In this document: piece after piece, positions 27,885-42,662 of the stretch
Layout: every line of letters starts with the position of its first letter
Numbering within the stretch: the first letter of the stretch is position 1
Assembly: GCA_964016885.1 (NCBI GenBank)
Contig: OZ024750.1
Span: forward strand, 40,920,001-40,984,000
Source: Eledone cirrhosa
Lineage: Eukaryota
Direction of reading: 5' to 3'
DNA: 64,000 bases
Position numbers and translations under genes: made by a program
The notes under the pieces: model-generated
Told to the model about the DNA's origin: nothing
The model's database searches: none
Seen by the model: only the letters and a program-made list of their open reading frames with translations

Positions 27885-30190
27885 CCCACTGCCGCTGTAT
27901 ACCACCACCACCACTGTATACCACCACTGCCACTGTATACCACCACTGCCACTGTATACCACCACCACCACTGTATACCACCACTGCCACTGTATACCAC
28001 CACCACCACCACTGCCACTGTATACCACCACCACTGTATACCACCACTGCCACTGTATACCACCACCACCGTTGTATACCACCACTACCACTGTATACCA
28101 CCACCACCACTGCCACTGTATACCACCACCACTGTATACCACCACTGCCACTGTATACCACCACCACCGTTGTATACCACCACTACCACTGTATACCACC
28201 ACCACCACTGTATACCACCACCACCACTGTATACCACCACTGCCACTGTATACCACCACCACCACTGTATACCACCACTGCCACTGTATACCACCACCAC
28301 CACTGTATACCACCACTACCACTGTATACCACCACCACTGCCACTGTATACCACCACCACTGCTGTATACCACCACTACCACTGTATACTACCACTACCA
28401 CTGCCACTGTATACCACCACTGCCACTGTATACCACCACCACCACTGTATACCACCACTGCCACTGTATACCACCACCACCACTGTATACCACCACTACC
28501 ACTGTATACCACCACCACTGTATACCACCACCACCACTTTATACGACCACCACCACTGTATACCACCACCACCACCACCACCACCACTGTATACCACCAC
28601 TGCCACTGTATACCACCACCACCGTTGTATACCACCACTGCCACTGTATACCACCACTACCACTGTATACCACCACCACCACTGCCACTGTATACCACCA
28701 CCACTGTATACCACCACTGCCACTGTATACCACCACCACCACTGTATACCACCACTGCCACTGTATACCACCACCACCACTATACCACCACCACCACTGT
28801 ATACCACCACTACCACTGTATACCACCACCACCACTGTATACCACCACCACCACTATACCACCACCACCACTGTATACCACCACTACCGCTGTATACCAC
28901 CACCACCGCTGTATACCACCACTACCACTGTATACCACCACCACCACTGCCACTGTATACCACCACCACTGTATACCACCACTGCCACTGTATACCACCA
29001 CCACCACTGTATACCACCACTGCCACTGTATACCACCACCACCACTGTATACCACCACTGCCACTGTATACCACCACCACCACTGTATACCACCACTGCC
29101 ACTGTATACCACCACCACCACTGTATACCACCACCACCACCACTGTATACCACCACTACCACTGTATACCACCACCACCACCACCACTGTATACCATCAC
29201 CACCACTACATACCACCACCACCACTGTATACCACCACCACCACCACAACCACCACCACCAATAACATAACTACTACTATCACCATCACCACCACCACCA
29301 CTACCACCACCACCACCACAGCCACTACCACCACAACCACTACCACCACAACCACTACCACCACCACTACTACCACCACTACTACCACCACCAATACTGC
29401 CACCATCACCACCATCACCACAACCACCACCATTACCACCACCATCACCACCACCACCATTACAATCACCATTACCATCACCACCATTACCACCACCATT
29501 ACCATCACCATCACCACCACCACCACCACCATTACAATCACCATTACCATCACCACCATTACCACCACCATTACCATCACCATCACCACCACCACCACCA
29601 CCATTACAATCACCATTACCATCACCACCATTACCACCACCATTACCATCACCATCACCACCACCACCACCACCATTACAATCACCATTACCATCACCAC
29701 CATTACCACCACCATTACCATCACCACCACCACCACCACCATTACAATCACCATTACCATCACCACCATTACCACCACCATTACCATCACCATCACCACC
29801 ACCACCATTACAATCACCATCACCACCACCACCACCACCATTACAATCACCATTACCATCACCACCATTACCACCACCATTACCATCACCATCACCACCA
29901 CCACCACCACCATTACAATCACCATTACCATCACCACCATTACTACCACCATTACCATCACCATCACCACCACCACCACCACCATTACAATCACCATTAC
30001 CATCACCACCATTACCACCACCATTACCATCACCACCACCACCACCACCATTACCACCACCACCATTACCACCACCACCACCACCATTACCATCACCATC
30101 ACCACCACCACCATTACAATCACCATTACCATCACCACCACCACCATTACCACCATCACCATTACCACCACCACCACCACCAATACCACC
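27885..30190. repeat. CACTGTATACCACCAC minisatellite (to ~29240) followed by ACC/ATT trinucleotide-derived repeat
   Basis: Direct inspection. Confidence 0.93.
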
Positions 30191-30324
30191 CAACCCCCAT
30201 CTTATTGTCCTACTCTTTCCTCTTCTCTTCTCACCTTTACTTCCTGTCTATTATACTCCAAGTCCAGTAATTTTCCCATCATGCCTCTCTTTAGAGAACA
30301 ATATGGTGGCCATATATAATGGAA

Positions 30325-31756
30325 CTGTGTGTGTATAGATATCTATATGTATGTATGTATGTATGTGTGTATAGATATCTATATGTATGTATGTATGTGT
30401 GTATAGATATCTATATGTATGTATGTGTGTGTGTATAGATATCTATATGTATGTATGTATGTGTGTATAGATATCTATATGTATGTATGTGTGTGTGTGT
30501 GTATAGATAACTTTATGTATGTATGTGTGTGTATAGATATCTATATGTATGTATGTATGTGTGTATATATATCTATATGTATGTATGTGTGTGTATAGAT
30601 ATCTATATGTATGTATGTATGTGTGTATAGATATCTATATGTATGTATGTATGTATGTGTGTATAGATATCTATATGTATGTATGTATGTGTGTATAGAT
30701 ATCTATATGTATGTATGTGTGTGTGTATAGATATCTATATGTATGTATGTATGTGCGTATGTATGTGTGTAGACACCTATATGTATGTATATGTGTATAG
30801 ATATCCATGGCTCTCTATATGTGTGTATATGTATGTTTGTGTGTATATGTATGTGTGTATATGTATGTGTTTGTGTGTGTGTATATGTATGTGTGTTTGT
30901 GTGTGTATATATGTATATAAGTGTATATATATATATGTGTATGTATATGTGTTTGATTGTTTCAATATGTGTGTGTGTATATATATGTTTGTGTGTTTAT
31001 GTATATATCTGTATGTATATGTGTATATATATATGTGTGTGTATATGTGTTTGATTGTTTCAATATGTGTGTGTATATATGTGTTTGTGTGTTTATGTAT
31101 ATATCTGTATGTATATAAGTGTATATATATATATGTGTGTATATGTGTTTGATTGTTTCAATATGTGTGTGTATATATGTGTTTGTGTGTTTATGTATAT
31201 ATGTGTATGTATATAAGTGTATATATATATATGTGTATGTATATGTGTTTGATTGTTTCAATATGTGTGTGTGTATATATGTGTTTGTGTGTTTATGTAT
31301 ATATGTGTATGTATATAAGTGTATATATATATATGTGTGTATATGTGTTTGATTGTTTCAATATGTGTGTGTATATATGTTTGTGTTTATGTATATATCT
31401 GTATGTATATGTATATATATATATGTGTGTATATGTGTTTGATTATTTCAATATGTGTGTGTGTATATATGTGTTTGTGTGTTTATGTATATATGTGTAT
31501 GTATATATGTGTATGTATATAAGTGTATATATGTGTATGTATATACACAGAACAAGCAGCTTCTGGTCTGTTTTATTACCTTCATGCCCAGGTGTTAATA
31601 TACAAGTATATACACAGTTACACCTGCACATGTGTATGTCTCTACACACCTGATGTAATATATGGCTAAAACCAAACTAAAGAATATACACACAGCATGC
31701 ACACCCACATGCATAGAAACATATATATATATATATGTAAATCCATAAACATTCAT

Positions 31757-31790
<34 letters not shown>

Positions 31791-31971
31791 ATATATGTAC
31801 ATATACATATATATATGTACACATATATATATATATATGCATGTACATATATATATGTGTGCATGTATATAAATATATATATATATGCATGTACACATGT
31901 GTGTATGTATATAACTATATATATATGCATGTACACATATATATGTGTGTGTATGTATATATATATATACA

Positions 31972-32007
<36 letters not shown>

Positions 32008-32010
32008 TTA
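30325..32010. repeat. GT/AT-rich minisatellites and microsatellites
   Basis: GTGTATAGATATCTATATGTAT units to ~30800, then ~95-bp units carrying GTTTGATTGTTTCAATATG. Confidence 0.88.
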
Positions 32011-32217
32011 TAAATCTATGTATTCATATATATTTATGAGGGTGCTTTTTTATGAGTATATTTTCTGTTCCCCTATGCATGTATGTATACATAAACTGTA
32101 AATGTATATATATTTATCAATACTGTATGGAGAGTATTTATATACATGGGCAGGGTATATGTATTTAATAGATTCATATGTGTGTTTCTATAGATATATT
32201 GTGCACATATACACACA

Positions 32218-32682
32218 TAAAGACCTGAAAATCCACCTCTTCATTGCTGTAGTGGAGTCTGTGCTGCTGTATGGGTCTGAGACTTGAACACTGACCAAGA
32301 AACTCACTCAGATGGTGGATGGGTGCTACACGAGAATACTGAGGATTGCTTTGAACATTAATCAGTATACACTGAGGATGAAAAACTCAGAGCTGTATGG
32401 GAGCCTCCCAAAAGTCAGCTCAAAAGTGACACAGGGGAGACTGCGGTTAGCTGGACATGCTCACCGACATCCAGAGTTGACATTGCACTCAGTGCTCCTG
32501 TGGGAGCCCCTACATGGATACACTGGAAGAGGAAGACCAAGGTTAACGTATGTTGATGCCCTATGGACAGACACTGGTCTGTTGGAGACGCAGGACATGG
32601 CAGCGATAATGAGGGACAGAGACGGCTGGAGAGAACTTGTCCATGGATCTTGAGAATTTTACCCGCCCTAGAAAAAAAAAAA
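32218..32682 (+). mobile_element. 5'-truncated RTE/RTEX-like LINE fragment with A-tail
   Basis: KIHLFIAVVESVLLYGSET*TLT..GCYTRILRIAL..RLRLAGH..GRGRPRLTYVD..DRDGW; in-frame stop at the expected Trp; A-run near 32672. Confidence 0.85.
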
Positions 32683-32693
32683 TATATATATAT

Positions 32694-32885
32694 AGGAAAA
32701 TGTTTGACCCCCGACGCCAGTACTCAAGCCATTTTGACGGCTATTTCTGGACTAATCCAGAAATAGCCGTCGAAACGGCTTGAGCTCTGCCGCTGGAGTC
32801 AAACATTACCCACTCTATTACCCTAAGTATTGAGTACTCTGGTGCGTTATGGTCCATCTGGTCCCTTACTACACCTCCTTTGTTA
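32694..32885 (+). mobile_element. Fold-back element family P4 (long hairpin plus 3' tail)
   Basis: Hairpin centred at CTGGA-cta-TCCAG; homologous to 39500-39700 and 22912-23000. Confidence 0.65.
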
Positions 32886-32924
32886 TATATATATAAGGGA
32901 TATTTAATTTGTTGGTAATTCAAC

Positions 32925-33483
32925 AAATATAGGGCAATAAAGATAGATGGTAGCCACGGAATAGGCAGACCCAGGAAAACCTGGGACGAGCTGATAAATT
33001 CCGACCTCACACACTTACACCTCACCAAGACAATGTCACTGGACCGAGACCTTTGGCGGTACTCAGTAATAGAGAAGACCCGCCTTACCTAAGTACAAAG
33101 TAAAACCTACTACACTCAGTAGGCATCTCTAACAAAATACACCCCGTCCCACCACCCCCACCCCATCCACACCGCCCCTTTCAATGTAAAGTTATGTTGG
33201 TGCCACAACATCCAGGCCGAAACAAATGAGATCGTGTAGGTGTCACGACAAAAAAACACACAGTTCACGCTGTAATGTGGCCGTGTAGGCAACACGGTAA
33301 AAACCTCCCAGCCCCACACTGTAAATGTGGTTGGTGTTAGGAAGAGCATCCAGCTGTAGAAAACCCGCCAGACAGTCCTATGCGTGCAAGATAACCACTC
33401 TTGCCTCAAGTGGGAAAACCCTCCGTCCAAACCCATGCAAGCGTGGAACACAAACGTTAAACGATGATGATGATGATGATGAT
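32925..33483 (+). mobile_element. RTE LINE 3' end with (GAT)n tail
   Basis: Homologous to the reverse complement of 11264-11790 (IKIDGSHG.GRPRKTWD). Confidence 0.85.
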
Positions 33484-33520
33484 ATTTATAACAGATTCAA
33501 AGCAAGTTTTCTGGAGTATA

Positions 33521-33827
33521 ATATCAATGATATTAAATAAATAGAAACTATATTTATTAAACCATATTTATTCTATTATATATATTTCAAGGGTGGTACC
33601 AAAACCTTGGTACGCTCTCATCAGATAAAAAACAAAGTTTGTTTTATAAATCTATCCAGATTGAACTTGAACCGTTAAGGCCTGATTCCTGGGAGTGTCA
33701 CTATTTATAAAACAAACTTTGTTTTTTATCTGATGAGAGTGTACCAAGGTTTTGGTACCACCCTTGAAATATATATAATAGAATAAATATGGTTTAATAA
33801 ATATAGTTTCTATTTATTTAATATCAT

Positions 33828-33833
<6 letters not shown>
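33521..33833 (+). mobile_element. Penelope-like pLTR remnant with inverted upstream duplication (family P1)
   Basis: 33521-33651 is the reverse complement of 33703-33833. Confidence 0.72.
33723..33784 (+). ncRNA. Type-I hammerhead ribozyme (mirror copy on the minus strand near 33570-33631)
   Basis: TTTTAT-CTGATGA-..GTACCAA ggtt TTGGTAC..-GAAA-TATATA-TA-ATAGAA, then AATAAA. Confidence 0.78.
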
Positions 33834-33869
<36 letters not shown>

Positions 33870-34113
33870 TAAAATTTTACAGGACTAGTTCTGTTACCTT
33901 TCCTAAGGATTTTCTGAAAGTGAGTTGCTAATTTAATAGTAAACAGATGTATAATGATAATGGGGTTGATATGTGCTCTTCATCATGTATTGAGTACTCT
34001 ACCATCAATTGTGGGTTTCTCTATTTCAAAAGGGAACATTCATAAATATGTGTGGAGTGAGTAGGGGTGGAAGAAAGGTGTAGATATTGACCAGCTGGTA
34101 AGGAAGATTTTTT

Positions 34114-34333
34114 TTAACCCTTTAGCATTTGAACTAGCCGTATCTGGCCAGAATTCTCTCACCTCTTTCTGTTCAAACCGGTTGTAACCGGCTGCTCATA
34201 CTGATGTTAAGGTGTTGTTCTCAAAATAAATAATATCAAAATCTTGTAGATTTGATATTATGTAAGGTAAAGCGTTTTCTGAGAAAATACAATAGTATAT
34301 ATATATAAAGTAATGTATCTGTTAAAGGGTTAG
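34114..34333 (+). mobile_element. piggyBac-like MITE family A
   Basis: TTAA-CCCTTTAGCATTT ... TAAAGGG-TTAG. Confidence 0.72.
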
Positions 34334-34585
34334 GTCAGGCTGGAGCACCATTGTCAGAATTCAATGTTCTTATATCTTTGTTTCTGTGTATATCCTGAGG
34401 CTTCAATGATCTTTGTTGAGTTTTTCAGTGTAGACGGTACCTCTAATTGTTGGATCAACAAATTGGTGGAAGACTGTCTACTCTGATTTTTACCTTATTG
34501 TAAATGGCTAATCTGGGTTGCTACAGGGAAATACATCTAGATAGCTTTTGAAAGTTTAATGGAAAACACTTGTGTATGTATGTGC

Positions 34586-34622
<37 letters not shown>

Positions 34623-34660
34623 CACACACACACATATACACATATATATATACACACACT

Positions 34661-34694
<34 letters not shown>

Positions 34695-34721
34695 CATCTT
34701 CATCTTTTAATGTCCATTTTT

Positions 34722-34769
<48 letters not shown>

Positions 34770-34811
34770 CATCTTCATCTTTTAACGTCCATTTTTCACA
34801 CACACACACAT

Positions 34812-34882
<71 letters not shown>

Positions 34883-34914
34883 TGTATGAATGGAAATATG
34901 TATGTGTCATCATT

Positions 34915-35255
34915 CATCATTTCATTTTACGTTCGCTTTTTTCCCTGCTTGCAAGGGTGGGACGGGAACTGATTCTGGCTTGATTTCTACAGCTGGATGC
35001 CCTTCCTAACACCAACCTCATCTACAGTGAGTGCTTGGGTGCTTTTTTTTTTCCGTGGCACCTACATGACCACTTTGCAGGGGAATGATAGGGACCCCAG
35101 TCCCTATCATCTCATTTCTACAGCTGAGTAAACTGGAGCAATGTGAAATAAAGTGTCTTGCTCAAGGAAACAACACATCAGCCGGTCTGAGAATTGAACT
35201 CACAACCTTTCGATTGCATGGCCAATGCTCTAACCACTAAGCCATGCGCCTCCAT
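34915..35255 (-). mobile_element. SINE family 2 copy
   Basis: Reverse complement of 12170-12505. Confidence 0.88.
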
Positions 35256-35847
35256 ATATGTATATATCTATTTACAGGTACACAAACATATACACACATA
35301 GTTTTTACCTGTAATTTCTGAAATACTATTTTTAAAAAAAAATATCTCATATAAGTTTAAAAAAATATATCTCATTTTTGAGTTCTATAAAATTACTATT
35401 AAAAGATTCTAACTTTTAAAAAATTTTCCAATTTTGAGCTACTTTAATTACCTGTTAGTACAAGGAGTTATTATTAACATATCCAGGTGTGAGTTGTGTG
35501 TCAGGTATTGTTGGAAGAAATTCACTTGTAATGTTGTTTGAAGGTGTTGGCACCATTTTGTTTCTTTCTTGGTGTTTGGTTTCTTTCTTGATGTTGAATA
35601 AAAGAGGGTCGTTTAAGGTGCAAAACACGGTGCAAAGTGTTTGTGAGTGTGATTTGCCTGGGGTCTGGGGGTTCTTGAAATCTATGCTAATATCATTTTG
35701 GCTAATATTCATAGAATATTTTTCTTCTTTGTAACAAAAAAAAACCAATGTTGCAATGATGGCATCATTGAATATGAGAATCTAGTTGCTTTGAGGTGAT
35801 CCAAGTAATAGAGCTTTGCCATGCTATTTACTTCTACATAGAACAAC

Positions 35848-38385
35848 ATGGTCCTTCCAATATTTGTTGTAGAGAGAGAGAGATAGTGGGAGGAAGTACG
35901 GGGAACAGCATATATAGTCCTTCTATAGCCATACAATATTTGTTGTAGAGAGAGAGAGAGAGATAGTGGGAGGAAGTACAGGGAACAGCATATATAGTCC
36001 TTCTATAGCCATACAATATTTGTTGTAGAGAGAGAGAGATAGTGGGAGGAAGTACGGGGAACAGCATATATAGTCCTTCTATAGCCATACAATAGTTGTT
36101 GTAGAGAGAGAGAGATAGTGGGAGGAAGTACAGGGAACAGCATATATAGTCCTTCTATATCCATACAATATTTGTTGTAGAGAGAGAGAGATAGTGGGAG
36201 GAAGTACGGGGAACAGCATATATAGTCATTCTATAGCCATACAATATTTGTTGTAGAGAGAGAGAGAGAGATAGTGGGAGGAAGTACAGGGAACAGCATA
36301 TATAGTCCTTCTATAGCCATACAATATTTGTTGTAGAGAGAGAGAGATAGTGGGAGGAAGTACGGGGAACAGCATATATAGTCCTTCTATAGCCATACAA
36401 TAGTTGTTGTAGAGAGAGAGAGATAGTGGGAGGAAGTACAGGGAACAGCATATATAGTCCTTCTATAGCCATACAATATTTGTTGTAGAGAGAGAGAGAT
36501 AGTGGGAGGAAGTACGGGGAACAGCATATATAGTCCTTCTATAGCCATACAATATTTGTTGTAGAGAGAGAGAGAGAGATAGTGGGAGGAAGTACAGGGA
36601 ACAGCATATATAGTCCTTCTATAGCCATACAATATTTGTTGTAGAGAGAGAGAGATAGTGGGAGGAAGTACAGGGAACAGCATATATAGTCCTTCTATAG
36701 CCATACAATAGTTGTTGTAGAGAGAGAGAGATAGTGGGAGGAAGTACAGGGAACAGCATATATAGTCCTTCTATAGCCATACAATATTTGTTGTAGAGAG
36801 AGAGAGATAGTGGGAGGAAGTACAGGGAACAGCATATATAGTCCTTCTATAGCCATACAATATTTGTTGTAGAGAGAGAGAGATAGTGGGAGGAAGTACA
36901 GGGAACAGCATATATAGTCCTTCTATAGCCATACAATATTTGTTGTAGAGAGAGAGAGATAGTGGGAGGAAGTACGGGGAACAGCATATATAGTCCTTCT
37001 ATAGCCATACAATATTTGTTGTAGAGAGAGAGAGAGAGTGGGAGGAAGTACGGGGAACAGCATATATAGTCCTTCTATAGCCATACAATATTTGTTGTAG
37101 AGAGAGAGAGATAGTGGGAGGAAGTACGGGGAACAGCATATATAGTCCTTCTATAGCCATACAATATTTGTTGTAGAGAGAGAGAGAGAGATAGTGGGAG
37201 GAAGTACAGGGAACAGCATATATAGTCCTTCTATAGCCATACAATAGTTGTTGTAGAGAGAGAGAGAGAGATAGGTAGGGAGGAAGTACGGGGAACAGCA
37301 TATATAGTCCTTCTATAGCCATACAATATTTGTTGTAGAGAGAGAGAGATAGTGGGAGGAAGTACAGGGAACAGCATATATAGTCCTTCTATAGCCATAC
37401 AATATTTGTTGTAGAGAGAGAGAGAGAGATAGTGGGAGGAAGTACGGGGAACAGCATATATAGTCCTTCTATAGCCATACAATATTTGTTGTAGAGAGAG
37501 AGAGATAGTGGGAGGAAGTACGGGGAACAGCATATATAGTCCTTCTATAGCCATACAATATTTGTTGTAGAGAGAGAGAGAGAGAGAGATAGTGGGAGGA
37601 AGTACGGGGAACAGCATATATAGTCCTTCTATAGCCATACAATATTTGTTGTAGAGAGAGAGAGATAGTGGGAGGAAGTACGGGGAACAGCATATATAGT
37701 CCTTCTATAGCCATACAATATTTGTTGTAGAGAGAGAGAGAGAGAGATAGTGGGAGGAAGTACGGGGAACAGCATATATAGTCCTTCTATAGCCATACAA
37801 TATTTGTTGTAGAGAGAGAGAGAGAGAGATAGTGGGAGGAAGTACGGGGAACAGCATATATAGTCCTTCTATAGCCATACAATATTTGTTGTAGAGAGAG
37901 AGAGAGAGAGATAGTGGGAGGAAGTACGGGGAACAGCATATATAGTCCTTCTATAGCCATACAATATTTGTTGTAGAGAGAGAGAGATAGTGGGAGGAAG
38001 TACGGGGAACAGCATATATAGTCCTTCTATAGCCATACAATATTTGTTGTAGAGAGAGAGAGAGAGAGATAGTGGGAGGAAGTACGGGGAAACAGCATAT
38101 ATAGTCCTTCTATAGCCATACAATATTTGTTGTAGAGAGAGAGATAGTGGGAGGAAGTACGGGGAACAGCATATATAGTCCTTCTATAGCCATACAATAG
38201 TTGTTGTAGAGAGAGAGAGATAGTGGGAGGAAGTACGGGGAACAGCATATATAGTCCTTCTATAGCCATACAATATTTGTTGTAGAGAGAGAGAGAGAGA
38301 TAGTGGGAGGAAGTACAGGGAACAGCATATATAGTCCTTCTATAGCCATACAATATTTGTTGTAGAGAGAGAGAGATAGTGGGAA
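35848..38385. repeat. ~76-82-bp minisatellite with an internal variable (AG)n
   Basis: Unit ATAGCCATACAATATTTGTTGT(AG)nATAGTGGGAGGAAGTAC(A/G)GGGAACAGCATATATAGTCCTTCT. Confidence 0.97.
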
Positions 38386-38477
38386 GGAGACTGAGTGGAA
38401 GAGAGAGAGGCAGTGGGAGAGAGTGAGAGGGAGTGAGAGAACAGGAAACAGCAATACACAGGATATGACCAGAAAAA

Positions 38478-38928
38478 TAGCAGAATGGGATAACATCTAT
38501 ATTTCTGTAGCGGAATGGGATAACATCTATATTTCTGTAGCAGAATGGGATAACATCTATATTTCTGTAGCGGAATGGGATAACATCTATATTTCTGTAG
38601 CAGAATGGGATAACATCTATATTTCTGTAGCGGAATGGGATAACATCTATATTTCTGTAGCAGAATGGGATAACATCTATATTTCTGTAGCGGAATGGGA
38701 TAACATCTATATTTCTGTAGCAGAATGGGATAACATCCATATTTCTGTAGCGGAAATGGGATAACATCTATATTTCTGTAGCAGAATGGGATAACATCTA
38801 TATTTCTGTAGCGGAATGGGATAACATCTATATTTCTGTAGCAGAATGGGATAACATCTATATTTCTGTAGCAGAATGGGATAACATCTATATTTCTGTA
38901 GCGGAATGGGATAACATCCATATTTCTG
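38478..38928. repeat. 30-bp minisatellite
   Basis: C(A/G)GAATGGGATAACATCTATATTTCTGTAG, about 15 copies. Confidence 0.97.
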
Positions 38929-39197
38929 AACCCTACAGTTCAGTGTCCACTTTAATGATAATGTCATACTGGGGGCTTTTTGTTGTGTCACCTACACGTC
39001 CACTTCACAGTGTGGACTGGGTGATTTTTTGTCGTGGCACGACCACTTAACAGCTTGTACCCGTGGGAAGTCAGGTCTTCTGTAGAAACAGTTTAATGGT
39101 GTTTCGCTTTAAAGTATATCCTAGTTCAGAACTGGTGTAAAAATCTGTCAGAATGCTGTAGGGCTGTGATCCACCTCTCTCTCTCTATCTCTCTCTC

Positions 39198-39239
<42 letters not shown>

Positions 39240-39279
39240 ATATATTAATAAATGGAAACTCTATTTATAAAACCATATT

Positions 39280-39345
39280 TATTTTATTATATATATTTCA
39301 AGGGCAACCAAGGTAAATTATGGTGCGCTTTCATCAGATAAAATA
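39280..39345 (-). ncRNA. Type-I hammerhead ribozyme in a solo family P1 copy (39240-39420)
   Basis: Minus strand: TATTTTAT-CTGATGA-AAG..CTT-GAAA-TATATA-TA-ATAAAATA; perfect 8-bp stem I. Confidence 0.78.
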
Positions 39346-39444
39346 CAGATTTGTTTTATAAATAAATATTGACATACCCGGAAAAAAAGACAACCTTAAC
39401 GGCTGGAGCTTCCTGGATAGTGGAGATAATTAAATATAACCCTC

Positions 39445-39496
<52 letters not shown>

Positions 39497-39499
39497 TAT

Positions 39500-39700
39500 A
39501 TAGGAACGAGTAGGACCCCGACAGCTGAGCTCAAGCCGTTTCGACAGCTAATTCTGGAATTAGTCCAGAATTAGCCGTCAAACGGCTTGAGCTCAGCCGT
39601 CGGGGTCCTACTCGTTCCTATTACCCACTCTACTACCCTAAGTATTGAGTACTTTGGTGCGTTATGGTCCATCTGGTTCCTTACTACATTTCCTTCGTTA
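39500..39700 (+). mobile_element. Fold-back element family P4
   Basis: Hairpin 39500-39621 with ~58-bp arms, then a tail containing GTATTGAGTAC; flanked by (TA)n. Confidence 0.68.
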
Positions 39701-39714
39701 TATATATATATATA

Positions 39715-41250
<1,536 letters not shown>

Positions 41251-41974
41251 TAATGTCTCAATTAACTGTGTACCAAACTCTTAAGTTTGGAAGTCCAAAA
41301 TAAACTCCATATTAAAACCAACTTAATAGTTTATACATTTAGAATTAATGAAGTACCAATCCTGCTTCTGTCTGGCCTGAAGCTTTTAACATTTCTGCTG
41401 TCGCACACCTAAAGACTCTGCAATCCTCATAATCTTTCATCTTTTTAATTGCTTGTTATGTCAATACATCATCGTTCTCTGTGGTTGGCCTTCCAATTTC
41501 GTTGCTTTCATTTTCATATTTCTTCTTTAGCAATTTTTAACCATTGATTACTCATTAGTCAAATTGAAACTGAGTGCAAAACTGGTCTATATTATGGTGC
41601 ACAGAACTTTCTCTAATTACATCCTTGAAAGATCTGCTATTGTGTTCATCCTTCTCTCTTTTTCATGCTACATTTGACAAGCTAGTATCTACAATACATT
41701 TGTAGAATGTGCAGAATATGCAAGCAGGCATCAAATAGCTTGCAATTGTTGACTGCACTCGTGACTCCCATAATACATGTACAGTATTTATAAATATCTG
41801 TCATGAGAATTTAAATCCAAGTCTTTTTCAGTTTGAAATTTTAGATTGTGTAAAAACTGTTTCAGGTAACTTTGGATTGGAATAAGGGGGAGGGATGGGG
41901 AGGATACTGAAATGAAAGAAAAAGTTTAAATTCTAATTAAAGTTCAAATAAATTTTATAATTTCAAATTGTTTT

Positions 41975-42335
41975 AATGGGTTTCCTTTGAATGATCTTTG
42001 GAGTAGCATTACTTGATAGAGTGTGTAGGTCTGAGATCAGAGAGCTGCTCCAGGTAGAGCTGCTACTTCTCCGAGTTGAGAGATCACAGCTCCAATACTA
42101 CGGACATCTGGTTAGAATGTCTCAGGAAAAAAAAATCGCTGGACAGATTTTACAGGTAAAAACCAACTGGTAGAAGACCCAGGGGTAGACCCTGAGAAAG
42201 ATAGTTGGATAACATCCATGAGCTTGGCTGGTCTCACTTGAGGACACAACCAGATCAGTTGGAGACAGTTGCTTCTGACAGGACCCACTGGAGGGAGTGT
42301 TTGAGGACTCTGCTCCCACAACCCTCCCAGAAATA
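41975..42335 (+). mobile_element. Degenerate RTE (Expander-like) LINE 3' fragment
   Basis: IFGVALLDRVCRSEIRELLQVELLLLRVERSQLQYYGHLVRM..RPRGRP. Confidence 0.75.
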
Positions 42336-42409
42336 AGTGGCATTTTGTTATTCAATTTACATTTAAATTTTAGTTTCGTATTTTCCAGCCTAGCTTTTAG
42401 TTTATAGAA

Positions 42410-42662
42410 ATCATCATCATCATCATCTTGTCCGTTTTTCCACACTTGCTTGGGTTAGATGGGTCCTTTTCAGCACAGCATCACTCAACTCATCGCATTC
42501 CTTCATCATTTCCTGTGTGTGTCCCAGCGATTTGAAATCAGCTCTCACTACTTCCACCCAGATCTTCCTTGGTCCTCCTCTACTGCAGCTTCCTTCCACT
42601 GGGATTTCCTGGTACTTTTTCACCCAGCAATAATCATCCATGCAAATATCAGTTTTATCAAT
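42410..42662 (-). mobile_element. Degenerate RTE LINE 3' fragment with (GAT)n tail
   Basis: WVKKYQEIPVEGSCSRGGPRKIWVEVVRAD; related copy at 57185-57550 (-). Confidence 0.75.

Noticed and set aside
27798-30319. 490-564 aa extensin/mucin-like ORFs
   Set aside because: Minisatellite translation; overlapping frames are equally open
35834-38991. Repeated ORFs (MAIEGLYML.., VAEWDNIYIS)
   Set aside because: Minisatellite translations broken by variable (AG)n and single-base indels
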